Assembly: GCA_051362555.1 (NCBI GenBank)
Contig: CM120645.1
Span: 9,424,001 to 9,488,000 of the forward strand
DNA: 64,000 bases
Reading direction: 5' to 3'
Source: Lingula anatina
Taxonomy: Eukaryota > Animalia > Brachiopoda
Shown: piece by piece, positions 23,203 to 37,986 of the stretch
Layout: each line of letters opens with the position of its first letter
Position numbering within the stretch: the stretch's first letter is position 1
The notes under the pieces: model-generated
What the model saw: only the letters and a program-made list of their open reading frames with translations
What the model was told of the DNA's origin: nothing
Databases searched by the model: none
Program-made: the position numbers and the translations under genes

Positions 23203-26200
23203 CCAACCTAATTGATAACAACCTGAATTCTACCAAGGAGTTATAAGAGTTATAACTCCTTGATTCTACCTACCACCAAACGGATCAAGATCATAGTCTC
23301 CTCCCCTGAACCCTGGGGGGTGGACCCCGGGGGCAAAAGGCAGGGGTGGTACGCCAAAACGATGAGGCATTCCAGGAAGGACCAACCTGACCTGCTCCCT
23401 GGCGGCTTTTCTTTCAAGATATCTCTGCTTGTACAACTGAAAGAATGTTAAAGCAGCGTTTCCCCAATTCTTTTGCCTTAAATAACAACTTAATTACCTA
23501 TATGAAATTAATCAAATATAGCCATGTTCCAGATATTGGGATTTCTTTTAATTCTTAGGCTAGCAATATTTATAACACTCGATTTCTTCATCTAAACTTA
23601 CCTGATACCAATTATGTGACAAGCTATTGTCCCTGTAACCTGAAAGCAAGGAAGATTATTTTATGTTGATTATGTAAACAGCAATAACAGATAAATGCTC
23701 AAGACTTCTTACAGAACAAAATATTGTAAAAATGAGGGTAAAGGCTCGTTTCACGACCCCTATTAAAATTGACAGTTAAGGTGGACCAATTTGCAGCCAG
23801 CACACAAAATTAAAATAAATAAAGAAAGAAATATATAAAGAAATAAATAAGAGGTCGAGAAAATGTCCTGGGCAAGCAACAAAACCCACTGAAACTGGAA
23901 TGTTTGAGGAAATACCAAATAATATTTATAAACAAAGTTTTCTGCCCAATGGATTCAGCAGAGGTTATTCTGTACACAGCAACAATAATAAGTAAAATCT
24001 AAATGCAACTATAGACACAAGTTTTTGATTTTTACAGAAAAATGTCCTTATAAATAAATTTAACAGTGCTATCATTTCACGTACTTCCAAAAGTTTTGAG
24101 ATACAACCGCCTCCAAAGAGATGGTTCTCTTGTCATCGTCTTCAGTTCCTTACACACCCGCGCCATGACACACAGCGATGGGGCATCCAAGTAACTCATT
24201 ATAAGAACCTAATATACAAACAAAACAAACCTTTTTTTATGTTTCAATAAATCACCTGCTCTCCAATCCCATCCTACTGAAAAGATAATAGCCAAGTTCC
24301 CTAGCTAAAGAAAATCAACTTGGCCATTAAAAAATTCATTTATTTTTTAGAAAATGTGACTAGCATGGGTCTTCAAGCCCGTGGAACTTCAAAGTCACAC
24401 ATTGAAAATGCCAATATGTGAAAAATTAAATTTTCACAAAATAACTGTTTAACTGGCAGTAAGAATTACCAAACAGACTGTATTTCCTACTGAAGCTGTA
24501 TTTTAGTCCCATGTTTCTTTCCTGTAAGTTTGAGAACAGTAAATGACATGGTTTTTCTTAAATGGTCATCATGGGAGCAGTGCCCAAAATAGTTTTTTTT
24601 TTTCAAATTTTGATGCAATATTACATAATGTTTAACAGCTTAATGACCATCAACTTAAATAAAAAAATATTAGTATTATGGATATTCAGAAAATGTGACT
24701 AGCAAAGGTCTTCAGGCCCATGGAACTTCAAAGTCACAACTTGAAAATGCCAAAATGTAAACGAGACAGCACTGTTCTGAAATGTTTTTTTTTCTCCATT
24801 TTTAACAATTTTTAACATAAAACAAAATTAACAGTTTTCTGCCGTTTTTATATGATCAACTAAGAAAATTGATGAGATGGGAAAAATATCAACAGAGCAG
24901 TGTTAAATGTCCAATCTCTTCCATTCTGAGATTCTGAACATAGTGAATGATTGAATCTGACAAACTGCAATGATATGAGTTTATTTCCATTTTTGAAACT
25001 TTATTACACAATACACGATAACAAGTTTACCATCATTTTTACATAATCAACTAATAATGTTGTAAAATTGCAGGAAATGCCAAACACACACTTTTACGTA
25101 TCTTATTAGTTCAATAATGAAACTGTTTACATGCCTAATAATTGAATCTGAGGAAATGTGAAAAAACTGCATTTCTTTAAAATAATGCCCCCAATTATGC
25201 TGATTTATGAACTCAACCTGCGTTTTAGCAGGAATGACCACTCCTGTGAGTTTAATGACAATTGGCCTATCTGTTTTTCTTATATTGTGTTTACAGTGTT
25301 GTATATATGCTGAAAAGTGAAAAAAAAAGCATAACTACTAAAATAGTAGCCTGATCATGCTGATTTTCGAACTTGACCTGCGTTATAGTAAGATCGATTA
25401 CTCCAGGACCTGTGAGTTTCATGACAAAAAGCTTATTGGTTTTCCTTGAAATGTGTTTACAGTGTTGCATATATGCTGAAAAGTGAAAAAACAGCATAAC
25501 TTCTACATTAATGGCCCAATCATGCTGATTTTCGAACATGACCTGCATTTTATGAATATTCATCAGCTCTGTAAATATACAGCCAAAAAGTAAAACTGCC
25601 TTCCACTTATCATGTTTACAATGAAAGTGCATGGCGCCGGCGACAGCGACAGTGACGGCAATGACGGCGACGACAGACGCAGGTGATGGCAATATGTACA
25701 GACACATCTGTACATATTAACTGTACTGTTTGAGAACAGTAAGTGACATAGTTTTTCTTAAATGGCCATCATGGGAGCAGTGTCCAAGATAGTTTTTTTT
25801 CAAATTTTGATGCAATATTACATAATGTTAAACAGCATAATGACCATCAATTTTTAATAATAAAATATTAGTATCATGGACAAATAGTAAACGTGACTAA
25901 CAAAGGTTTTTAGGCCCATGGAACTTCAAAGTCACACCTTAAAAATGCCAAAATGTAAACAAGACTGCACTGTTCTGAAATGGGTTTATTTCCATTTTTA
26001 ACACTTATTTAACATAAAACAAAATTAATAGGTTACTGCCATTTTTATATGATCAACTAAGAAAATTGATGAGATGTGAAAAATATCAATAGAACAGTGT
26101 TAAATGTCCAATTTCTTCCATTCTGAGATTCTGAACATAGTGAATGATTGAATCTGACAAACTGCAATGATATGAGTTTATTTCCATTTTTGACACTTTA

Positions 26201-28895
26201 TTACACAATACACGATAACAAGTTTACCATCATTTTTAAATAATCAACTAACAATGTTGTAAAGATGCAGGAAATGTCAAACAAACACTTTTACGTATCT
26301 TATTACTTAAATAATAAGGCTATTAACATGCCTAAGAATTAAATCTGAGGAAATCTGAGGAAATGAAAAAAAAAATGCATAACTTCTAAAATAATGCCCC
26401 GATTATGCTGATTTTCGAACTCAACCTGCGTTTTAGTAAGACTGACCATTCCTGTGAGTTTAATGACAATTGGGCTTTCTTTTTTTCTTATATTGTGTTT
26501 ACAGTGTTGCATATATGCTGAACAACGAAAAAAACCGCATAACTACTAAAATAGTGGCCCAATCATGCTGATTTTCGAACTTGACCTGTGTTTTAGTAAG
26601 ATTGATTACTCCTGTGAGTTTCATGACAACAGGCCTAACGGTTTTCCTTAAAATGTGTTTACAAGGTTGCATATATGCTGAAAAGTGAAAAAACAGTATA
26701 ACTTCTACAATAATGGCCCGATCATGCTGATTTTCGAACTTGACCTGCGTTTTATGAATATTCATCAGCTCTGTAAATATACAGCCAAAAAGCAAAACTG
26801 CCTTCCACTTATCGTGTTTACAAGGAAAGTGCACGGCGACGGCATCGGCGACGACAGACACAGGTGATGGCAATATGTACAGACACATCTGTGTCTGTAC
26901 ATAAAAAAAGCATATTAACACTAGACATATTCCAGCTATTTCTCAACTACAAAAAGAAATTTAATTAATCCAACAAAAAGCAATTAGATATATCAAAACT
27001 GATATTATCTTTAATTTATTATTATCATTATTGCACCTTGTCTCAAAGTAAAATATATGACAGGGCTTCAGTGTGTTCACATGACTGCAAGTGTGCAATG
27101 AAAGACAGTAATTACAGAACTGCATCTCATTCTCCATACATCTAAGGGATCATTCACATTAAAACTATTAGTCTACCAATATACATGTAGGTAACTCTGC
27201 AGAGACTCTCGCTCACTGTAATCAGTTGAACAGATTAAGACTCTTCGTCTTGTTTCCAGCATACTCATGTAATCACCATCTTTTCTGTTTTCTACTCAAC
27301 ACCAAGAGGTGTGCTTGTTTATTAAACAACCTGCATTCAGCACGGGTACCCACAGAGTTGGATCGACCTAGGTAGATCCACAGTTTCAAGAGCCCTAAGC
27401 AAGGAAAAGGTATTGAGCACTTACCTTCAACTCTGGGAGAAGTCCCATGAAGCCATGAAGTGTTGGTAGACTTAATGCTGAAGAAGAATAGTAATGCAGT
27501 TCTAGTGCATGTATCTAGAGGCAACTCAATGTATTTTTTCTTTGACGTCACATCCTATAAACTTTGTTATATTAAAATGCAAAGTTGTAAACGTGTTTCA
27601 AATCAGTTAAAACTCTTTTAACACTTTTTATTTCAATTTAACATGAATGTAAAATAAAGTTTGATACAGTTTTCAATCTTGAATGACACCTAAAAAATGC
27701 AAACATACATTAAATACTGAACCATAAAGCAAAAAAAAAAAAAACATCAATAAAATTACCAACAATATCTTAGCTGCTTATTTACCTACCTTGTCTCAGT
27801 CTTCCTAATAAAACATAGGCAATATTGTCCTTGAAGAGTCGAGATAATTTTGGCAACTGTCGGAAAGCTTGACATGCATCTAAAATGAGAAAATCAATGA
27901 AATCTCCACCTCCACTTGGACTGTCATTTTACATTGAATCTTAGGGTACATTTGCAATAGATATACCACACTGGCCAGTGCACACTAACTCCATGGGGAC
28001 TCTCGCTGAATGCAATCAGATTAACATGCCTCCTCTTGTTTCTAACATACTTGTGTAAAATCACCAGCTTTTCTGTATTCTATTCAATACCATACCACAG
28101 CAAATAAAAGAAAAAAATAAGAGTTATATAAAACTAAAATGTGACACATGCAGTTCACATGATCAGGACTCTCAATTCTAAGTGTGGAAAGAACATTTAA
28201 TGTAAAATTTTACCACAGGGTGTGTCCCTCATATAGTCTGTCACACTCATGGTCATGTCACAGGTGTCCCCATCCTCAGATATCAGACCTGTAGAGCATA
28301 TAGAACAGAAATGAATTCAAATTGTGGTATTTTTCATTAAATTCAACTAAAATTGATGTACTACCGCACACATCCCAAGAATTGTTTTGTTGATGTAATC
28401 TGAAAAAATAAGTTATATGGACAAACGGTGCTCTGACTGCTTCAAACTTAAACATGCAAGAACAAACAACCATCTAGTTTTGAAGTCTTAAATTTGAGCA
28501 TCTTAAAAATGGTTATATGTCTGGAAGTAAAATCTAACAGTGTGTATTTGGTGCATAGATCCTGCATACAAGAACTGACCAAATGCACAAGTCCTGCAAT
28601 CTAGAACCTACTACGTACATACATGTAGGCCCTATTATCTAAAACCTACCATGTATAGCAAGAGTGGACCCAAGGGTCACCCCCACTAACGTGCAGGTCA
28701 GTTCTGGACACGAGTGGTGTGAGTAGGTCAGTTTAAAGCTCCCACCAGCTGACCTCCAGCCTTCAGGCATGTGCTGAGATGTATGCCGCTCAGAACTGGA
28801 AGTGCTGGCCTTGTCCATCTTGTCAGGGTCGCGCCGACTGCTGCCCTGTGGTGATATGGATAGTATGTATGGATTATAACTGGATAATCCAATAA

Positions 28896-28932
<37 letters not shown>

Positions 28933-30934
28933 CACATACACACACAGCACAACACAACATATGCATACCAGTCCACACACACATTTACATGTGTATGTTG
29001 ATAAAGTAATCAAACGTTGCCAATGTCACAAGTTTTCTTTGTAAATTTCCTACATAAAAATTTTTACTAATGCAAAAGAATTCTCCTTGAACACTGGCAA
29101 TGGCTAAAAGTATTTTAGACATAACAGAACTCTGAATTAATCTCAGCAAAAAACACCCAAATCCAATAATTATATCTCACGTGACTGACAGCCGTGAACC
29201 CAGTTTCCACCATTAACACGTGAAGTACTACCCACAATGCCTCAGCCTTGCTGGTCACTTGCGCTGACTGGTACGTGCTCTGTAACAGATGCGGGACGGC
29301 ACTGTTGGTGGAATCTCTAAATTGGCAGAGCATCAAAAAATTATTAGGACAGAGTCATATAAGAAAATATGCATGGTTGTACATGGTAAAATATGTTTTA
29401 AAATAAAAGAAATATCAGATGTATGTGTTTAATACAATACAATACAATACAATACACATAGAAGACAATCTTATATCCAAGAATTCAAGGTCTGACAAAA
29501 CCGAACATTGACAGATGACGTCATCACCAAACACCCATCAAAGATGCATGACAGTTTTGTAGCTAAGGCCCACTTTTTTCAGAAAAAGAACCCTGGTTAC
29601 CCACTTTGAAAATGCTGCCTATGGGCCAGATAATTATATATTTCCTGCCAGACACAACATGTAGTATTAACCAACCTGCAGTGGATGGGTTCCTCTAAAT
29701 ATCTATTAACCACATGCTCCTCGGACTGCCCAGTGTCCAGACACTGTCCACCTGTGTCCATATCCTCTTCAAAACCTCCCCGCCCAGGGGACACAGGATC
29801 TGACCCCCTAGGGGCAACATTTGCCACATCACTATGTGAGGGCCTTAGTCTCTTATTCTGACCATCTGAGCTTCCCTCAGTGGATGAATTACTGTGACTT
29901 GGCCTGGGTTCATGGTTGTGGGTGGTTGTGGAGCTACTTGAAGGCTGGATGTAGAAAATAAAGACCGGCTACATTATTTTTAGTCAGCTTAATTATTTTA
30001 GCATGGTTCACATGTATTATACAGATTTAACAGTTAAACCTATCTACCAGTAGGTACTGCATCCAAAATGATCATTTGGCTCTAAGAGCATGGATTTAAT
30101 TGATTTTAGAAGAATGGAATTTAAGAATTGACCCCGAGCACATGTATTATTACTGTTCATCCAAAAATCAGCCTGTTATCAACACACATTACAACTATCA
30201 TTACAAAAATTTCCTATGGGAATCCTACAAGACACTTCAGGAATTTTATCAGACATCCTATAGAACATCTATAGGAAGTACTGTTAGTATGTCCTATACG
30301 ACCCTTGCTGTAGGATTCCTATATATTACAGGGTTTTGAGCCAATTTGAGTTTTCAAGTGGATTCTATTTGTGATGAATGAAAATAATCAGGCAATCATT
30401 TGATAGGCAAATTTTTTGTAAGGGCAAATAAAATGCAATATATCTTTCCATGTATATACAGAGTACCTGTTCAACTCCATGGCCTGAAGAACCAGGTGCC
30501 CCAGTGTTAACACTGTCTGGTGGCAGGACACCCGCCCTCAATAACACTTTGATCAAGTCTCCTGACACTACACCCAGCTCTGTTAATTTCTTGTCATCAC
30601 CATCTTCTATGGGATCTTTGCCGTTCAAAGTCAGGAAAAAACTATCTCTGAAATATGTCAGCATGGAGGAACAGTGACAAGGTAAAACGGAAAGTTAAAC
30701 TTAATGGCTAAAAGTACCTGAAAATTCGGGTACTTGTGCAGTATGCCAACACACACACACACGCACACACATACACACACACACACTTATGCGACATCGA
30801 TTGGGCTTTACAAATTACACTTACTCCTGCAAGTTGAAAACTTCTCCAACGTTGTTCTTTAGTACTCCTAAAGTCGCGTCATTTTCTGGGCTGACTACAA
30901 CTGTCCTTGATTGAAGGCGTACCCGCAATTTCAT
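22384..30934 (-). CDS. FBXO7: F-box only protein 7 (UBL, FP/PI31-like, F-box and proline-rich tail), 12 coding exons
   Basis: Exons 30934-30825, 30647-30467, 29944-29676, 29316-~29181, 28845-28650, 28288-28214, 27879-27790, 27477-27425, 24208-24085, 23639-23602, 23436-23274 and 22529-22384. Motifs: MKLRVRLQSRT, LTLNGKDP..LTELGVVSGDLI, LHVLMVETGF, LPKLSRLFKD, F-box LLPELKVLIMSYLDAPSLCVMARVCKEL, GGDYDL, PRFDP. AATAAA (-) at 22328-22333. Confidence 0.92.
22545..22801. mobile_element. Fully palindromic (foldback) MITE with TAA TSD, Tourist/PIF-Harbinger-like
   Basis: The left ~120 bp are the near-perfect reverse complement of the right ~120 bp (GGCTTCGTTCACATGC...GCATGTGAACGAAGCC). TAA lies at 22542-22544 and 22802-22804. 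Confidence 0.9.
24528..26891. repeat. Two tandem ~1.2-kb copies of an interspersed repeat with internal subrepeats, in an FBXO7 intron
   Basis: GTTTGAGAACAGTAA..GACAT starts at ~24528 and ~25728. Both units end in GCGACGACAGAC.CAGGTGATGGCAATATGTACAGACACATCTG. The motif ATGCTGATTTTCGAAC recurs several times within each unit. Confidence 0.85.
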
Positions 30935-32304
30935 GCCAAACTGACGATTTTGTGTTTGCTATGGTGAACGAAAGTGAAGACAAAATGCTCGCTAGGTAGC
31001 GCATTGCCAAGACAAGCCACATTGATCGCCGCGCTAGAACTACTGACAGTTTCGGCCCTTTTCTTTAACCAGGCTGTAACGTCACAGGCAGAGATTAAAA
31101 TATTGGATTGTTTGATGAAAGTGAAATGGAAGTATGGCATATCTCTTTAAGAAGGTATGGTTTTATCATAGAAAGTAGAGGGAATGTTTTGTCTTAAGTA
31201 AGCCCAAGAATTATTGATAGAAAAATATACACGATACAATCGCTGCTAGAGGTACACTGTTTATAGGCCCTACCGGTAAAATTCTTTTGTGTAAAAAATT
31301 GAGCAAGATTGTGTTTACGGACTATTAAAGGTCTTATTAAAATAAGCCAATACCACAGAAATATAAGGATATATTTCTAAATTCAGACTTTCAACGCAGA
31401 AACTCGCCATAGAAAAGGGGTGAGAAAAAAAAAGAAAGAAAAGAAAATTCTTAAAATATGCATCCGAATTAAGATTAGCGTCACTTTGAGATTTTGCTTT
31501 TTTTTTAATTTTATCATTTTGTGTGATATCCTATTATATCCTATAATATTGTCTACCATTCAGATGAACTGTAGGGCTGAAAGATCAATAAATGTTATTA
31601 TTAATTAAATTAAATTTTGCGACCAATTTTCAAAGTTTTGAATCCTACATTCCCCACAGCTGTCAGTTAGGACCTACATGTACTAGTACCTGTTGAAGGA
31701 AGCAGAAGCTAGGGAGGTGTAAGGGGGTATTTATAGGCCTAAATTTTACAAACTTTACAGAAGCAACCTCGATCAGCCTGTGAAACCGACTCATTCGTCG
31801 TACATTTATTTTAGTAAACTTTATTTTATTTTAATTTTAATAAATTTATTTATTATAGGCCTAATTAAAATTATTACCTTTGACTGTGTTGAACCTTTCC
31901 GTATCGGGAACGTCGTTAACCACGCACGTTGTAAACCATGCACGTTTACGAACTCAGATAAACATAACTGACCGATGACTCAATAAAGGACACCTATAGA
32001 TTGTCCTGTATGAGAGCCATTGCCAGAGACCGCTAACACAATAACCGGTGAATAAAGTCCACGTGTTGCCGAGTCAGATACAGCGGTCAGACAGATGGAC
32101 AGCGTCTAGGTCGGCGTGGCCTTGGTTGCTGTAATCAAAAGTCAACGTGACATGCTGAATACAAAGACTAAATAAAAACAAATTTTGAAAGTGCTTTCGA
32201 TACATTTTTGCCAAAGTGTTCTTTTAAAAATCCACCCTTTTTTCATTTATTCAAAATTCCATGTGGTTTATCATTTTGGTCCAATAATTCGACCATTTAG
32301 GTTT

Positions 32305-32318
32305 CAGGTCCGAAGCCG

Positions 32319-32356
<38 letters not shown>

Positions 32357-32497
32357 TCGAAAGAACCCCTTTCTTTGCTGGGAAATGGTCCACTCTGGGT
32401 AAATTTGATCTAAGTGAACTAAGGTTTCATTACAAAAGGCCCAACTTTTCAGATAAAGACCCCCCCCCCCCTTTTACAATTGCTGGCTACGGGCCTG
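32305..32497. mobile_element. Short non-autonomous DNA transposon (CAGG...CCTG ends, poly-G/poly-C tracts) with near 5-bp TSD
   Basis: Ends CAGGTCCGAAGCC and GGCTACGGGCCTG; flanks GGTTT and GGTCT. Confidence 0.65.
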
Positions 32498-32543
32498 GGT
32501 CTGTATCCTGTAGCTAGGTCATTAAGACCCAGTTAATTAGACC

Positions 32544-32817
32544 AAGTGGCAGATATAGAGGGGGGGTCAGGGTGGTCCTGACGGCCCCCTCCCCCCTGCG
32601 GTTTCTGAAAAATATATCTCACAATATTTCCCTCTTTAAAGTAGAATTTTTACTAGCTAAATTATAGTTCTAAATCGCACAAAAGGGCACTGTTTGCTCT
32701 TCAAAACACCAAAAAGAAAAAAAAAACACACCAAAGGGGCGATGATCGGCATCGCATCCGAGACCTGTCGTTCCTCTCCCCCCCCCCCCCCTTCAAATAA
32801 TCCTGGATCCGCCCCTG
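32544..32817. mobile_element. Non-autonomous DNA transposon related at its termini to the CAGGGGCGGA family, 5-bp TSD AGACC
   Basis: Left AAGTGGCAGATATAG, right CTGGATCCGCCCCTG; AGACC at 32539-32543 and 32818-32822. Confidence 0.65.
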
Positions 32818-34194
32818 AGACCCAGACTTCTGGTTCTAGCTGGACTGCTGCCAGCCCCGCCGACTGACCAGACTGGTCAACAGTGGTCAAGGCCGTTACT
32901 GTTATCTTGTTATCTGAAACACGTTTTCCTGATCACACTTTGACTCCCGTTCGATCGGTCCCATCAAACTACATATCACCCTCCCTCACTATGTGGCTAT
33001 ATCGCCTAGAATGACAATATTCATTTTTATTTTAACATGTTGTGAACTTGTATGTTGTATGTCACAGAAGTCATGAATTGCAATCAATCAAACACTCATT
33101 GATTTTTAAAACTGAAAAGAAAAACTTTTCCTTGGGCGGACAATTGCTTGTTTTTTGTTGTTGTTTTTTTTCCTTTCAATATTCTGAATTTTTGTCGTCT
33201 CTCCAAAATACCAATATCTATCAACGTTTCAGTTTACGACATGAAATTTTGATTTGGATGCTGTTATGGATGAGAGTGGGTGTTTTTATGGATGAGTCCG
33301 TTTTTTTTACCCTTCGCGGGGCCCAGAGGGCAGTGTCCCGCCGGGGGGGGGTTTCGCACGGGCCTCTTTCGTCTGCAGTTCTTTCGCGTGCACTAAGATG
33401 AAATGTAGTCCTAAAATTTTTAAGATTCGCAACCTTCGCACAAATTTTACAGTTGTGCTTTATTTCATAGCTCATCGCAATGCCGCAATCTCTGCTGTAG
33501 AGCTAATAAATATTTTGATAAGACAACCCCCTCCTAAATATACTGGATGTCAATATTTATGTGTCGTTTGTTTTGTTATTCTGACCCTTGGTTAACGTGA
33601 CAATCAAACTCGCACCCTAATCGATAGCTGCAGATTAATTGCTTCTCAGGTGTTAATTTCACGTTAAGACTTTATTAAGTATTGTTCTGTGAGGTTCATA
33701 CACGAAGGGAACCAAACCAAAATGAATCGCAGGTCAGATCCGAAAAAATAAAAAATCTGAATGAAGGGGGTAAAAGAAACGCAGTCATTTACATAATGCA
33801 CAAGAGGAGACATGCAAAAATTAAAGCCATTTCACAAAATATAAATGTTACCAGCTAATGAATAGTCAGATAAATATTTGTGGATGTCTAGTGATAAAAT
33901 AATCTCCGTGATCCTGGCCATTGGTGGAGGATGGGCTTTTGTCCACTAGGCTGTTCCGTCTGAATCCATAGCGAGAGCAAAGTCCTATAAACAATTTACG
34001 TCACATAGGTAACTTATTTAAGGTCCGTGTCAAACCACCGTTTGTGGTCATTGGTAAATTGGTATGTGAAAAGGCTACACATCTGTTACGAGATCGCCCA
34101 TACAGTGAAGAACGTGTAGGTAAATTAAAGTTCTTCCCATATTAAAATTAAGTTTGTGTTTTTACATTTTTTACATAAGTGCTTTTTCATGATA

Positions 34195-34410
34195 TTTTTA
34201 AGTAACTCTATCAGAACATAGCTACTGTACATAGACATATTTATAAGGCACAGTGTCTACATTTTTTCTATAAAAGTGGTTTACAGGATGCTTATAAGTA
34301 ACTCTATAGGAACATAGTTACATACGTGTAGATATTTTAATAAGGTGGTATGTCAACATTTTTACAAAAGTACTTTTACAAGATATCTATAATGAGTAAC
34401 TTTAGAAGAT
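34195..34410. repeat. Degenerate tandem repeat, ~97-bp unit, about 2.2 copies
   Basis: AAGTAACTCTAT..GAACATAG recurs at ~34200 and ~34296, and partially at ~34395. Confidence 0.6.
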
Positions 34411-35317
34411 GATTGTGGGATCAAGTTTCCGGCAGAAGTGACGCGCAGACGTGTATCATACGGATTTCCCTCCCTTCCGTATAGAAACCTCAAGGGCAAT
34501 GACGCGAGTAATACAGTCTTTAGCGCTACATTTGTTAATCTAATTATCGACACGGTGTGGTATTTTTGTGTTTACCTGTTAAAGACATGGGAAAGAATAT
34601 TTTGTCACGGTTCAAAATTGGCCGAATATAATTGGCAGAATATAAAATGACTTATCAATAAGCCAACTGACAACCAAAGGCAACATTCAATTATATGTGA
34701 TGCCCCAAATTATTAATAAAATTGAAATCAAGGTTTACTAACAGTCATAAGCCAAACAATTAGCAACTGAATTCAATTAATTCCTTTACTGTTGCATATG
34801 TTTTTCACCTTGTATATGGTAACATAATATAATTGATAAATTACACTAAATCATAAATTATGCAAATGTATATTTCGCTGTTAAAGTAGCTATTTAAAGA
34901 TAAACAAGTTAGAATGGTGTGAAGTACAATAATAGTAAAAAAGCAAAAATCTGCTATAGTATAACACAATGGGTCTATCATTTTCATAATTTTTACTAAA
35001 AAAAACTTTTTAAAAACTCGGTAGTCTATTTCTGAGATAAGAGAAAATGCATGTAATTTGGTAGTGTATTTTTAATGAAAGTGTATCACAGGTAGAAAGA
35101 ATGGGTAATGTTATATGTTAAACATTTAACTTCGCACACCTGAGGACGTTCATGTCTGAGTACACGTTTTACCATGCGGCGGTGACAGCATCAGGGCAAC
35201 ATATCCCGTGAAATAGTTACACACAGGAGGGGCTGGCAGGAAACACGGGCTGCTTTCACATTTGGTCATGGTGGACCGAAAATTTGGCTGTATGCGTCAA
35301 TACAAGAGACATATTTC

Positions 35318-35575
35318 GTTCGTAATGAAACCATTGTACCAGGTTCTTCGATTTGAACCAACTCCGAGCGGACTTTCGCTAAATGCAATCAGATCAAAAG
35401 ATTAACACGCCCCCTACTGGCGTTGAGTAGAAAGGAAAAAAAGCTGGTGATTATACGCGTACGTTGGAAACAATAAGAGGTATGTTTATCTGTTAAACTG
35501 ATTGCATTCAGCGAGAGTCCCCGTGAGTTAGTTCGAACTACCTAGTACGATAGTTGTATTGTGAACGCATCCCTA
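35318..35575. mobile_element. Old MITE-like element with internal inverted repeats; partial relatives at ~27140-27305 and ~27940-28092
   Basis: GGACTTTCGCTAAATGCAATCAG pairs with CTGATTGCATTCAGCGAGAGTCC. The same core (ACTCTCGCT..ATGCAATCAG...ATCACCAGCTTTT) occurs in two FBXO7 introns. Boundaries are approximate. Confidence 0.55.
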
Positions 35576-37986
35576 ATCATCCTAGGTCGTCTCAGTCCGA
35601 TGTCATGATCTTAACTTGAATAAAACTTAATTAGTGCTAAAGGAAATTCCACCGTTCTTAGCATGGGGAATTAATTAAGACGATACGGTTCATAACGAAG
35701 CATCACTTAATGACTGTGTCAGGTGTTACTGAGGTAGATTACGTAATAGCTACCCCCATAAGCAGATGTCTGCTGCTCAGCTAAAAAATTCCTTCACTCA
35801 TTAATAACAAATCTTATTACATACTTAATAATTTAATAATAATATAATATATTATATAAAGTCTAAAATCCATAAAATATGTTCTGTAGACTCTACAAAC
35901 TAAAAACTTAAAACACAGTTAGATGAATTGAATTAATAAAATTATGACTTAATAGTCTGAGTTAAGATTTATTTAATACTGATTAATTATAATTTTATAA
36001 TAATAATCAAAACAACTGAATATAAACGCCGTGTAGTCTGTAAAAAATATAGACCTAATATTTACGCGTAGTTCGGCAATAAAGATAAAACCTGAGCTCT
36101 CGTGAGAGGCTCTCCCCTGGATTGACTAAGGTCATATAGGCGGTTCTATAGGGCAAGGTTCAAAATTTCATTTATACACGCATACTATCATTAACCAGAA
36201 ACGTGGCAGTCACGGAATCTGTGAATGTGACGTGCATTAATTTAATATAGGACTTCGTAACATAGAGACGCTACGTGGGTATGGTTGACGTTAGGGACGA
36301 AAAACCCCTTCAACATTAGCCCTTTTGTTCAGAAACAAATAATTTGATATATTTGTGATTGCGTAGCTCGTTTGTTGCTGTCACGGATGCCGACGTACAA
36401 AGGTGAGTAAATGGTTAAATCTGGGAAGGGCGGATCGCCTCTCCACAGGTAAAGCATTTACACCCTCTCCTCGGAATTTTTTCCAAATTTGCGAAAAAAG
36501 ATTATTGTGACCGTAATGTTTTGTATTTTTTCAAAGCTGAGTTATGTACAAGATAAGAGTGTAAATAGGCCAACATGTATATTGTAATGTAGCATAAAGA
36601 CTACCGGTAAGTCAAGAAAAAAGACGTGGAAATTCAGGTTTTCCGAAAAAGAACCAACCTAATGAAGTTCTGCATGTATTTTTCTGCCGGAAGATTTGGT
36701 TAAAGCCACATTTCCTTGTGCGTCACTGAATTTTGTTAATATTAGATAAAAAATGGGCAGTGCATGCGAAAAGAGTCTAGAGATCTTAATGCCAAAACAG
36801 AAGGTCTCGGTTTGCTCGACTATGTTTGTGTGTGTGTGTGTGTGTGTGTGTGGTTGCTAAGTATAAAATAACTTGAAAAAAGCAGATTTGAGAGGATAAT
36901 TCTATATTTCTAAAATACACAGAGTCAGTCGAGTCTACCATGTTTCATTTGATAATATCCATACAAATACATTTCTAATTATATGCATGATATGTATGCA
37001 AAATTAGCCACGCCAGCGGATACGCATTGTGCATCTACTGGTCATTTGGGGACGTATTTATTGATAATGGTCATTAGTGGTCATTGTCTACAGCAAATAC
37101 TTCCTATTACATAAGACCATAGTGCCACAGGAGATACCAACAGCGATGATTGCACAAATTATGCACACTATACCCAGCTGTGCACCTGAAACGACCGCTC
37201 ACTGGATTTTTGCGCGACCCCCCCCCCCCCCCCCCAAGTTCCGGTGTTGAATATTTATGGAGCTTTCCGACCTCTGCACCAAGTTCCAAACTCATACGCA
37301 ATAAAAAGTTCTTTTAAAAGTCGCCGCTTTCTTCAGGTCGAGTTTTATTTGAAAAAGCTTGAAAAACGCTTACAAATGGTCAATGATCTGTGTTCAGGTA
37401 AATCATTATTAGTTTATACGCGTTTAATCTGTGCCACAGTAGATTTTCAACCAAGGCATGAACAGTAGCATACTGAAAGAGGGGTGACAGGATAGTCAAT
37501 CCATAATATTTGCACAGTTTCGATCAGTACATTCTACATCTAGGGACAATATTTGCACAAACTATCTTCAACATGCCTTCACGTATCACCTACGCAGCAC
37601 GCTTCATCGGGTCGACTCTGTCGATCCATGCCTTTGACACGTGAACGCGTACAATAAAGCTTTTACTCGTGTTAATAGAAATATAATAGAAAAAGAAAAC
37701 AACGAAAGAAAATTTAAAAATATAAACTTTCTTTTGTAAAATTTTTCATGTTTTCACGCAATGACTTACGTTTATCAATTACTGGCAGTAATATTAATCT
37801 AGCACCCACGCAACATATTTCCTAGTGCGAATTATTTTTTCCTGAACATTTTCTATACTTATAACAGGCATGGTTTTTCGTATGTACACTTGTTGATACA
37901 TAATAATTTATCTTATTCCAGACAGCTCCAGCGTTTACCTGGTCCAAAGTAAAAAGAAGCCCACCTATTCAGTCTCTAGAGCGACC

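Noticed and set aside
25291-26921. Two similar minus-strand ORFs (138 and 140 aa)
   Set aside because: They are translations of the duplicated intronic repeat inside FBXO7; the similarity reflects DNA repetition and there is no gene structure.
31000-37900. Possible hidden gene or RNA gene in the 7-kb FBXO7-orphan interval
   Set aside because: Only short low-complexity ORFs and MITE fragments are visible; I could not support an exon chain, tRNA or rRNA.
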